Shown in pieces: positions 48,936-57,572 of a DNA stretch of 64,000 nt. Made by a program: the position numbers and the translations under genes. The notes under the pieces were generated by a model, which was given only the letters and a program-made list of their open reading frames with translations, had not been told where the DNA came from and ran no database searches. The DNA is taken from assembly GCA_965204725.1 (NCBI GenBank), contig OZ242005.1, positions 1,088,001 through 1,152,000 of the forward strand, in the 5' to 3' direction. Position 1 is the first letter of the stretch. The number at the start of each line of letters is the position of its first letter. This DNA is from Candidatus Latescibacterota bacterium (lineage in GTDB: Bacteria > Latescibacterota > UBA2968 > UBA8231).

Positions 48936-49943
48936 TTAGGCGCACAGGGGATGCGCCATCTGGGCGCGGCGGAAGGGGATGTCGATTTGGTCGCCCTGAT
49001 TGATGGCGGCCATTTTGGCCCGCGCCTCCAGCCACAGCCGGTGCCACTCGGCCGGATCGCGCAATTCGCTGGCTGGGTCGCGGCGGCTGCGGGCGACAAA
49101 CCCGGGGAAGGCGATGCGCCCGGTGGGCTGGTCGGTGGGATTGTAGCGCAGGTCAAAGCTCCAACGAACCTCGTCGCTGAGGTTGGAATACGAGCCGTGG
49201 ACGGTCTGCTTGTGCATGCAGATGACGTCGCCGCGCTCCACCGGCAGGGGGATGGCCCGGTCGGCCGCGAAGAGCTTTTCCGGGACTTGGGCGGCCCCGG
49301 CAAACTGGGGCGCGTTGTCCATGTAGTTGGGGCAGTGCGGCAAGAGGCCGTTTTTGTGCGAGCCGGGCGCGACCATCAGCGGCCCCTTCTCAACGGGGGT
49401 GTCTTGCAGCGGGAACCACACCGTTAGCATCTGGGTGTCGTCGGCTTCTTCGGTTACGACGCCGTGGTCTTGGTGCCATTGGGTGGCCCCGAGGACGGCG
49501 TTGCCGAACTGGTTTTTGGGCAGGTAGCGCTCGGGCGGCTTGATCCGCACGTGCTGGACCGGGTTGGAGTAGATTTCCGGGCCGATTAGCGACTCGACGA
49601 CGTCGAGCAGGTTGGGGTCGGTGAAGGCGCGGAAGACGGCTGGCCCGGCCCAGAAGGGGGTGTCGGCCTGGACGTTCTGAAAGGGCAGCGAGAAGTCGAA
49701 GTACTGGCTGTGGACGCGGCCGGTTTCCACGCAGATTTGGATGTAGCGGTCGCCGAAGCCGAGCTCGTGGTAGCGCGAGGCAATCTCGCCTTGATCGTAG
49801 AGCTCGTCGGCCAAGTGGTCGAGGACGGTGGCATATTCGTCAATGACCGGGTCGAGGGTGTTGACCGGATCGAGGACGCCTTTGACGACGAGGTAGCCTT
49901 CGCTGGCAAAGTGGTCGAGTTGGGCGGGGGTGAGGGCGGGCAT
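48936..49943 (-). CDS. PhyH family dioxygenase
   Basis: WHQD, PGSH, TVHGS, RWSFDLRY motifs; RBS GGAGG. Confidence 0.9.
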   Translation of the reverse strand: MPALTPAQLDHFASEGYLVVKGVLDPVNTLDPVIDEYATVLDHLADELYDQGEIASRYHELGFGDRYIQICVETGRVHSQYFDFSLPFQNVQADTPFWAGPAVFRAFTDPNLLDVVESLIGPEIYSNPVQHVRIKPPERYLPKNQFGNAVLGATQWHQDHGVVTEEADDTQMLTVWFPLQDTPVEKGPLMVAPGSHKNGLLPHCPNYMDNAPQFAGAAQVPEKLFAADRAIPLPVERGDVICMHKQTVHGSYSNLSDEVRWSFDLRYNPTDQPTGRIAFPGFVARSRRDPASELRDPAEWHRLWLEARAKMAAINQGDQIDIPFRRAQMAHPLCA

Positions 49944-49998
49944 GGGCGTAGCCTCCATTGGGTTCGGGTCAGTGGCTGGCGGTCTCTCTACAATACAG

Positions 49999-50023
49999 TA
50001 GGTTGCTGCGGTCTGGCAAGGGG
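49999..50023 (-). repeat. phyH upstream (promoter-like) segment, duplicated at 53360-53384
   Basis: taggttgctgcggtctggcaagggg vs taggttattgcggtctggcaagggg (23/25); contains a TTGCCA -35-like hexamer on the minus strand. Confidence 0.8.
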
Positions 50024-50062
50024 CATCATAGCCGTTGCTTTGCGGATGTTTCTCCGATTTCC

Positions 50063-51982
50063 TCAATCGGCCTTTTGTTTTGCCTTTTGCAGTTGGTTAT
50101 AGCGCTCCAGAAATTCGTCGTGTGCTCGTTTTACCATGTCGAGTAGGTCTGTGTACCTTCTGACGTAGATTTGCGAGTTTGCTAAAATGTCTTTTTTTCC
50201 TCTCGCTTGATCAGTATTAACCAAATCTCCGCAAAGGAGATACCCGGTGACTGTCTCATATTGATAATCACTATCCGTCGTCCGGTTAATGTAAGCTCGC
50301 ATAAAGATAACGTACTCTTCAATTTGGTTGAGTTCCTTCACAGAAGCGTTTGACTGTGGGCGTTTGATTTCTACTACGACCAAGTTCGCGCCTTCTCGTA
50401 CACAGAGGAAATCAATGCGTCTGTCTCTTTCCGGGGCGTCGCTGTCTTCTGGGAATTTGTCGCGCAGTAGTTGACTGTATGTTACCTCGTCATCTACCAA
50501 CGACCAACGCGGGTCAATCACCCAAGGGAATTCTTTTAGGAAGTTGTGGAGCGTCGGCACTTCCAACGCATTGTCTTCAATCAGTTTTTGGAGTTTTTCA
50601 ATCGTCGTTATGCGCCCTTGAGTAACTCGCGCCATTTCTTTGGCTTCGACGATTTCCCACTCGCGGAATAGGTTGAGGAGCTTTTCGGTGTCCTCGAACT
50701 CCGTTTCAGTTAGGTCTTCGGCGATTTCCCAAAAGGCATCGAACTCGAGAAAATCGAGGGATGTTTGGATGACGGGTTCGATCTCCTCGACATCGGCGGT
50801 TGGGTTCTTGTCGATCACTTGACGCACCAAGCGGTCGGCGAGCTTCAGGGCGCGGTTATTGCCCGTTTCCTCGGCTTGCTCACGGAACTTAACGTAGAGT
50901 GCATTTTCCTCTAGTTGCTGTTCGTTATCGTCGCGGCGTTTTTTGGCCCACTTACGGGCGATTTTTTTGACCTCTTTTTGGCCCCACTCCTTGAGAGCCG
51001 TATTGGGTTCCGTGTCCCATACTAGCGAGTTTCGCGTCGTCCCGATTGTATCTTCCCCTTCATCGACAAACTCGACGTGGAGTTCGCCAATAAGGTAAGA
51101 GAGGGCGAATTGTTGACCGACAACGGCTTCAAAAACATAAGGCTCTTGTACTAGCTTGCCTCTCGCCATGAGAACGATTCCTCGGTCTATGCCGTCAATG
51201 TCCGGCGTCGTGCGGTTTAATGCACCGATCCAGCCCGATACGGTCCAGCCCGTTTGGGGCTGGATTTCTACGTCGTCGTACTCCCATAAGTACGGCTTGC
51301 CGTCCATGTCTTTGTCGAGTAGGGATTTGAGGTCGCGGTCTTCAGGCGAGATTGGGTCGCCGTTAATGACGACCTCGAAGCCTTGTTGTGCGCCAATGAC
51401 GGAGAATCGTCTGGCGAGTCCTCTACGGATTCTCTGAATCGAAATGCGGCGGCTTTTGAATTTTGTGATATGTCTGAGTATGATTTTCGTTCCTTTGGAG
51501 ACGGTTCCGGTAGGCGGCAGCGGCGGAAACTCGATGGTGCGTTCATCCGCTTTTTCCAACAGTTCGTCGTAGTTCATGCGGAAGTGGCTGCCTTCGCTGT
51601 CTTTCACGCTTTCTATGTCGATCTCTTTGGCGATGCCAAAGGCCGAGAATTTGCCAATGCCTTTTCGGCCCATGATCTTGCGGTTGTGCGGCGAAGGTGT
51701 CAGGTCGGATTGCTCGTTTTCGCGGCGGTCTCGGCCGACGATGAGGTACTTGTTCCGCACGTCCTCGTCGGACATGCCCATTCCGTCGTCGCTGATGATG
51801 ATTTCCGAGTGTTCGTCAATCGGTTTTTCGGGTATCTCAATCTCAACTTTGGTTGCGTTTGCGTCCCAGCCGTTGGCGACGAGTTCGCCGATGACGGGTG
51901 GCAGGGTCGAGTACATCTGCAAGCCGAGGTGTTTGATGGTGCAAACGTCGAACTCCATTCGGTAGGGGTCTCTAGAAGCCAT
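50063..51982 (-). CDS. GHKL (MORC/MutL-like) ATPase fused to a PD-(D/E)XK nuclease; putative restriction component
   Basis: ELVANGWDA, DDGMGM, GRKGIGK, KGT motifs; C-terminal RIDFLC...VEIKRP...QIEEY. Confidence 0.85.
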   Translation of the reverse strand: MASRDPYRMEFDVCTIKHLGLQMYSTLPPVIGELVANGWDANATKVEIEIPEKPIDEHSEIIISDDGMGMSDEDVRNKYLIVGRDRRENEQSDLTPSPHNRKIMGRKGIGKFSAFGIAKEIDIESVKDSEGSHFRMNYDELLEKADERTIEFPPLPPTGTVSKGTKIILRHITKFKSRRISIQRIRRGLARRFSVIGAQQGFEVVINGDPISPEDRDLKSLLDKDMDGKPYLWEYDDVEIQPQTGWTVSGWIGALNRTTPDIDGIDRGIVLMARGKLVQEPYVFEAVVGQQFALSYLIGELHVEFVDEGEDTIGTTRNSLVWDTEPNTALKEWGQKEVKKIARKWAKKRRDDNEQQLEENALYVKFREQAEETGNNRALKLADRLVRQVIDKNPTADVEEIEPVIQTSLDFLEFDAFWEIAEDLTETEFEDTEKLLNLFREWEIVEAKEMARVTQGRITTIEKLQKLIEDNALEVPTLHNFLKEFPWVIDPRWSLVDDEVTYSQLLRDKFPEDSDAPERDRRIDFLCVREGANLVVVEIKRPQSNASVKELNQIEEYVIFMRAYINRTTDSDYQYETVTGYLLCGDLVNTDQARGKKDILANSQIYVRRYTDLLDMVKRAHDEFLERYNQLQKAKQKAD

Positions 51983-52001
51983 AACATACCTCCTTATTCA
52001 A

Positions 52002-52097
52002 GACTGGATTCCCGCCCCGTGTCGGGGCACGGGGTGACGTTCTTTCGCGGGAATGACGCCTTAGTATGAAAAAAAACGGTTCCGATGAACATTCCAT
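52002..52097. repeat. Composite REP-like element, copy 2
   Basis: Matches 17722-17817; fills most of the gap between the C5 MTase and GHKL-nuclease genes. Confidence 0.85.
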
Positions 52098-52098
52098 G

Positions 52099-53118
52099 TC
52101 AACATGAATCGGCGATTGATTGGCCCAATTGTTCGGCGAGTTTTACCGGGACGGCGTTGCCGATTTGGCCCGATAAAAATAGAAAAGATGGGCCGAAAAA
52201 TTCGTAATCGTCGCCAAAGGTTTGGAGCGCGGCGGCCTCGCGCAATGAGATGCCTCTGTCTTGCTCGGGGTGGATGAAGCGGCCACAATAGACGTCTGTG
52301 CAGCGGCACGTTAGGGTTGGGCTCGGCGCGTCCCATGTCATGCGGCCAAATACGTCTTTGTGGGCGTTCGGCTGCTTTTGGTGGCACTTGAGTAGGATGG
52401 ACGTGTCCGCTACTTCCCGTCGGCTGCCGCCGTTTTTGGGGACGGCCGCGACAATGCGTTTGTGGTGTGGTTGCAGTTTTCTGGCGACGTGATTCGGGTA
52501 TGCCGCTGATGCTTCGCCATCGGCAATAGTCGGGTACTGGCCAATGGCGCGGCGCACGGTTGCATGGGCGGCGGTCTGTGGGCTGGGGAGCGCGGCGGCC
52601 CCGTGTCGGGAGGCCACGACGATGAATCGCTTGCGCGTCTGCGGAACGCCGAAATGTTTTGCGTCGATTAAGTCCGCTGCTTCTGAAAAGCCGCATCTTC
52701 TCAGGACCGACAGAAACTCTCGGTAGATTTCTTTGCCGTAAGCGTTGTTTAGTCCGGGAACGTTTTCTGCTAGGATGAAGTCGGGGGGGCGTTCCGCGAC
52801 GATTTTGGCAAAGTCCAGTAGGAGGGCTTTTCGTTTGTCTTGACCTTTTAGCTTATTGAGGGTGGAGAAGGGTTGGCACGGCGTACAAGCCGCGTAGAGC
52901 GTCAAGTCGTCGTCTTCAATGCCGAGCTCTTGGAGGAGTTTGTGGATTTGAATGTCGTTGATGTCGCTGTTGATGAAGCGGCATGGTTTGTTATTGTGTA
53001 TGTAGGTCTCCCGCAAACGTAGATCATTATCGACGCCGGCCAGCACCGAGATGCCGACATTCAACAGTCCTCTGGTTAGACCGCCCGCTCCGCAGAAGAA
53101 GTCAATGGCTTTAATCAT
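52099..53118 (-). CDS. dcm: DNA (cytosine-5) methyltransferase
   Basis: DFFCGAGG, PCQPFS, ENVPG, GVPQTRKR, REAAALQTF, IGNAVP motifs. Confidence 0.95.
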   Translation of the reverse strand: MIKAIDFFCGAGGLTRGLLNVGISVLAGVDNDLRLRETYIHNNKPCRFINSDINDIQIHKLLQELGIEDDDLTLYAACTPCQPFSTLNKLKGQDKRKALLLDFAKIVAERPPDFILAENVPGLNNAYGKEIYREFLSVLRRCGFSEAADLIDAKHFGVPQTRKRFIVVASRHGAAALPSPQTAAHATVRRAIGQYPTIADGEASAAYPNHVARKLQPHHKRIVAAVPKNGGSRREVADTSILLKCHQKQPNAHKDVFGRMTWDAPSPTLTCRCTDVYCGRFIHPEQDRGISLREAAALQTFGDDYEFFGPSFLFLSGQIGNAVPVKLAEQLGQSIADSC

Positions 53119-53359
53119 GGGGGGCCTCGTGGTGCTCTAAGGCGGGCAATCCCTTCACGATCTTCACTGTCTCCAAACTCACCGTAATCATCTTGCCGAT
53201 CAACTCGACGATGTATTGCGGCTCGTCCCCTCGATTCGGATCATTGGTGATACCGCTTCGTTTGTCTGTCTTGACGCGGTACTGGTCGATTATCCATTCC
53301 AACGCCGACCGATTCCCGAGTTGATAGTCATAAGTTTCCGGTGGAATCCCGTCGAGTGT
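53111..53359 (-). pseudogene. Duplicated 3' end of the Type ISP/IIG RM gene
   Basis: 53136-53359 aligns without gaps to 57601-57824 (21 mismatches in 224 bp by manual count); its stop overlaps the dcm start. Confidence 0.9.
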
Positions 53360-53483
53360 TAGGTTATTGCGGTCTGGCAAGGGGGTTATGCGCCGATTGA
53401 GCGGCAAATCTCGGCCTGAGTTAGTGATCATAATCTTTCCGCCTCAAGAGGAACTTAGGTTCTTCGGCGATTGGCCTAAGCTA

Positions 53484-54980
53484 TCACCGTGAGTAGTCCG
53501 ATGGATTTTTCATGTTACCATTGATCACAAATACAAATGCCTTAGATGGAAAATCTTTGGCTGTATCGACTCCCCCATGAGTCTCGACATCAGTGAGAAT
53601 AATATCGTTCCGAATGTCCCCAGGAGGTTTATCTTTAGTCGTCAGGTCGAGCACGAGAAGGATGCTGACTTGTCGGGCTTCGACGCCTGCGTATTGAGTA
53701 GCTTGGGCTGTGTACTTTTTCGAGATGTGCTCTCGGTCACCGTTTTCCTTTTCGACTTTTAGTTCGACAATCACTCCGAGATACCTAATATCTGTGACGC
53801 CTCCTGCTTGGCTTGAGTGTTCTTGTACATCCTGTCCGAGCACATTCCGAAGATCTCGAAGCACTGTTGCTTGGAACTCGGACTCCGATACATCACTCTG
53901 TCCCTTGTAGATTGCTTCTTGAGCATAAGTAGCTAGCAGACGAGTGAGAGCCTGAAGCATCTTTAACAAGTCAGGAAGTTCATCTCGGACCTTGGGACAG
54001 TCTGAAAGCAGACTTGTGGCAAGTTCGTTAATGTGTTGATCCAGCCTCCGGTTGCCTGTCATCAGGGGATGCCTGTCTTCATTAACAACTTTGAGACGCA
54101 GCTCATTGTGCCCAATTACGGGGAGTTCAATGAACTTCCCGTCGGACGTTTCAAATGCACCACGAACTGTAAACACAAGATCATCTAGACCGATACTTTG
54201 CTCTGAATTGAACTTAATTTGTCCTGCTAATTTCCCCCGATATTCGCCGTTTTCAACACTACCCGGTGCGTCCAGCGCAAACTTGGAAACCGAGAACTCG
54301 GTTGAGGGACACGTCGTAAGCAAGTCAAGGTGAAGGCGAACCGCATCATTTGGCCATGTGAGGCCACGCACCCGAAATTCCAAAGGGTACAAAATATTGG
54401 GCTTTAAGAGTTGCGGACTTGCAAGCGGAGCATGATCCAGAAATACAATCACCCTCAACATCGGGCTTAGCGTAGCTACGGGTTCTTCTACCTCATCTTG
54501 ATACGGAAGATCCAATTTGCTTCTATGCCAGTACAATATAGGTAGTGGGACTGCCAATAGGAATGTACGCAGTTCGTCGGAATCGTATTGCCCTGTTTGG
54601 AGCAACGGTTGACGAGTTGAATCCGCGATACCCGGCAGTGTGAGAGTGTCCGCCGAAATCCAACGTCGTAGCTCACCAACTAAGACATCGCATCTTGTAC
54701 GTTCCGCAACCAAGTCACCTTCACTCCCTTGGGCAATTGCTACACAAGTAACTTGACTGACCAAGACACGTAGGCCGGCAACTATGACCTTCCACTCTAT
54801 AGGTACATGTTCATCTGGTGTCTGTTTAATAAGTTTGTCAATCTGATCGACGAAGGTATCAACTTTCTGACGCCATTCTACTTTGTCATAAGTTGTCGAG
54901 TTCAAAATCGTGCGTATATCATGAATGAGTGCTACTGAATTAGAAGCATGGTTAATATCCAACTTGGATTCCCGCATCAA
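53484..54980 (-). CDS. Uncharacterised protein with C-terminal PD-(D/E)XK-like nuclease
   Basis: ESEFQ...GGVTDIRY..VIVELK...QATQY...LLVLD pattern; low GC; start overlaps the upstream stop. Confidence 0.7.
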   Translation of the reverse strand: MMRESKLDINHASNSVALIHDIRTILNSTTYDKVEWRQKVDTFVDQIDKLIKQTPDEHVPIEWKVIVAGLRVLVSQVTCVAIAQGSEGDLVAERTRCDVLVGELRRWISADTLTLPGIADSTRQPLLQTGQYDSDELRTFLLAVPLPILYWHRSKLDLPYQDEVEEPVATLSPMLRVIVFLDHAPLASPQLLKPNILYPLEFRVRGLTWPNDAVRLHLDLLTTCPSTEFSVSKFALDAPGSVENGEYRGKLAGQIKFNSEQSIGLDDLVFTVRGAFETSDGKFIELPVIGHNELRLKVVNEDRHPLMTGNRRLDQHINELATSLLSDCPKVRDELPDLLKMLQALTRLLATYAQEAIYKGQSDVSESEFQATVLRDLRNVLGQDVQEHSSQAGGVTDIRYLGVIVELKVEKENGDREHISKKYTAQATQYAGVEARQVSILLVLDLTTKDKPPGDIRNDIILTDVETHGGVDTAKDFPSKAFVFVINGNMKNPSDYSR

Positions 54981-57541
54981 GTTTTATCCTTTCCCTTAGC
55001 AAAATATGCTTCAGCCGCTACTATGTCACCTGTTTGTAGTGATGCGTTTCCTGCGGCGATCATAGCAAGTTGCTTTAATTTTGTGCGAAATGCTTTGTTC
55101 CTTGGTTCTTCAGGGAGAGCGTTGAATGCGGTCTCCAATACTTTTTGCTCATACCGAAATGAACGAAAGTGCGTGAAAAGGCTTGCGAAATGGCATGATT
55201 CCCAAGGGTCGAGTTTGGCCAATTTTTGGGCGGAGACTAAGAGGTCACCTGCTACGTGCTGATACGTCGCTTCCGGTAGTTTATGTAACCACTCGAAGAA
55301 TCGAAGACGTTTTGAATGTCCGTAGTAATTATAGCGATCTCTGCTATGGTGTGCTAGATGCACACCAATGTCCTTGGCAACAAATTTAGCAATTTCTTCG
55401 CTTGGCTCGCAGAACCAAATCAGACTTTCCGCGATCTTGCTATCTACAAGGTCTTCTTTAGTCGGAAAGACAGACTCAACTAGGCGCAACGCTACTGGTT
55501 TGAAGATCGCATCTTGCTGGCCAATTTTCAGGATTGCATCGCAGATACTTTCGAGTTGATATTTATCATTATGGTACACACGAAGGTGTGCTTCAAGACA
55601 ATTAAGAACTTCAAGTAGTTGACTTTTATTAAACCACCTTGAACACCGAGCCACGGCTTGTCGTGCAGCCTGATGAACAATTACTTTCGGGTCTTGTAGG
55701 TGAACGACAATGGTGTCCACAAGATTTTGGGGTGGCATAGTAGTCGAAAAAGAGAACATCTCGACTGTTGCGTTTATTGCTTTAGCCCGCACCCAAGCTG
55801 AATCGTAATCCATCAACGTACGCCAAATCAAAGGCAGTACGCGTGTTTGGAGAGTATAGTTCTTGCCAAGCTCACCGAGCAACGATACACAGCACACCTT
55901 GAATTCGTCCTCAAGATGTACTGGCGGTTGGTTCAAACAGTTGAAGACAGAATCGAATGTCTCTGAAGGATTGGCCTTGCAGAGTTCGTTCAAGCATCCC
56001 TGCAATCGTCCTTTGAATAAATCCCATTCTTGGATGCGCCCTAATTCTTCTAGCTGCTCAAGTTGAGTATCCTGTGCCTGAGTCTGGTTAGGTAACAGAA
56101 TCGTGGGTGGTGGAGAGGGCGGACGTTCCTCGCCACTAATGATGGCAAAATAACCGAGGAGAGAGTCAAAATGATTCAGCATCTCTGCCGAGGCATTCAT
56201 ACAGGCAATTTTCAATGCCTCAAGTGCATAGGATCGAATATCGATCTCGAATCTGTCATCTTTAGTCCATGAAAGTAGTCTTTTAATTGCAATCTTTTCC
56301 TGTTCATCTACTTCAGTTCGGTTTCTATGCTCATGCCGTTCATCCCAGCTTATGGTCTGGTCGAAAAATTGGCCTAGGTACACGAGAACAATATCTTCTT
56401 GCACGGCTGGACGAACGCGGATCATTGACCCGGCAAGAAACTGGTCAACTCTCTCTGAGGAACATCGAAACGCCGATTGCAAAATTTGGATAATCTGCCT
56501 TGATGGCCTCACTTCATGTGACCGTGTATTTTCGTAAAATTCAAGTGATTGAACTAAGTCACCAAGTAGATTCTCGACTATCTGTGGTCGTTCGCACTGA
56601 ATAAGTTTGATTGCTCCACACAATTGGAAGCGTACGGCCACATTCTCGTTTTGTAGTTCACGGCGAATAATGTCTTGCACACTCTCTGGATCAGTGTCAA
56701 AATTTCGTACGATGACTGTGGTACTGTGACAGGAGTGATTCTGTGAAAATATCAAGTGTTTGATACATACTTCACTAAGTGGATACTCAACGGCGTCATC
56801 GAGCGCGTTAATCACCTCAGCAGACAGTTCTGTATATTGTCCTTTCTCAATGTTGTCAAAAGCTACTTGGCTAAAACGAGAGCCTAACTCAGAGCGTCTG
56901 CTGGCGAGTTCTGTGCAGACTGGAAGCATTAGATCAGAAAAATCGTTGGAACCAGCAAGCAGCAAGATCAGATCAATCGCAGCTTCAGGGAAAAGGTCCG
57001 CCCCCAAGCGTGCTGATTGTTGCAAGCGTTCGGCTGCTTCCTTGCGTTCTGCTTCATTTTCTGAGAAAATCGTCTCAAGATACTCAAGTATGCGATAAGA
57101 CTCAGATTCTGATTCCGAACTAATTTCTTTGGATTTTTCACGTAGGTCAGAGCGAAGTTGGGATATTCGCTCCGCTTCTGTTTCGGCTGCTTGAGTACGT
57201 TCTTGGACTTCTATCCGGTGTTTATCGATAATCTCTTGTCCCCACGAGGTATCTCCATTAGGGGTATGATGCGGACAAGTAGCACAATGTTTTACAAGAA
57301 AATTGGAGAAAATACAACGAAGATTCATGGACTCGCGCATGCCCTCTACTTTGGGACAGCCTATGCTATGGCTTGCGATGGGAAGCCCTGTCATCTGTGC
57401 GTAAAGCCCTTCAGTAGTTCGCTCGATCTCTACATATTTGCACCAACTCCGCATTTGGCTTATGCACTCAGCATTGTCCTCACCGAGCTTTATAGCCTGA
57501 TTAAGCTCATTAGCTTGAGATTCGTCAAATCGTCGCATCAT
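54977..57541 (-). CDS. Uncharacterised HEAT/ARM-repeat protein with N-terminal Cys/His motif
   Basis: C...CxxCxHH motif, coiled coil, HEAT-like units (VRFQLCGAI, IRSYALEAL, VRAKAINA, LQDPKVIVHQAA), TPR-like end. Confidence 0.7.
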   Translation of the reverse strand: MMRRFDESQANELNQAIKLGEDNAECISQMRSWCKYVEIERTTEGLYAQMTGLPIASHSIGCPKVEGMRESMNLRCIFSNFLVKHCATCPHHTPNGDTSWGQEIIDKHRIEVQERTQAAETEAERISQLRSDLREKSKEISSESESESYRILEYLETIFSENEAERKEAAERLQQSARLGADLFPEAAIDLILLLAGSNDFSDLMLPVCTELASRRSELGSRFSQVAFDNIEKGQYTELSAEVINALDDAVEYPLSEVCIKHLIFSQNHSCHSTTVIVRNFDTDPESVQDIIRRELQNENVAVRFQLCGAIKLIQCERPQIVENLLGDLVQSLEFYENTRSHEVRPSRQIIQILQSAFRCSSERVDQFLAGSMIRVRPAVQEDIVLVYLGQFFDQTISWDERHEHRNRTEVDEQEKIAIKRLLSWTKDDRFEIDIRSYALEALKIACMNASAEMLNHFDSLLGYFAIISGEERPPSPPPTILLPNQTQAQDTQLEQLEELGRIQEWDLFKGRLQGCLNELCKANPSETFDSVFNCLNQPPVHLEDEFKVCCVSLLGELGKNYTLQTRVLPLIWRTLMDYDSAWVRAKAINATVEMFSFSTTMPPQNLVDTIVVHLQDPKVIVHQAARQAVARCSRWFNKSQLLEVLNCLEAHLRVYHNDKYQLESICDAILKIGQQDAIFKPVALRLVESVFPTKEDLVDSKIAESLIWFCEPSEEIAKFVAKDIGVHLAHHSRDRYNYYGHSKRLRFFEWLHKLPEATYQHVAGDLLVSAQKLAKLDPWESCHFASLFTHFRSFRYEQKVLETAFNALPEEPRNKAFRTKLKQLAMIAAGNASLQTGDIVAAEAYFAKGKDKT

Positions 57542-57572
57542 TTCCTCGATTCTCCCTGTCAGATGTCGCTAT

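Noticed and set aside
53111-53431. 106-aa ORF as an independent gene
   Set aside because: It is a chimera of non-coding sequence and the duplicated RM gene 3' end.
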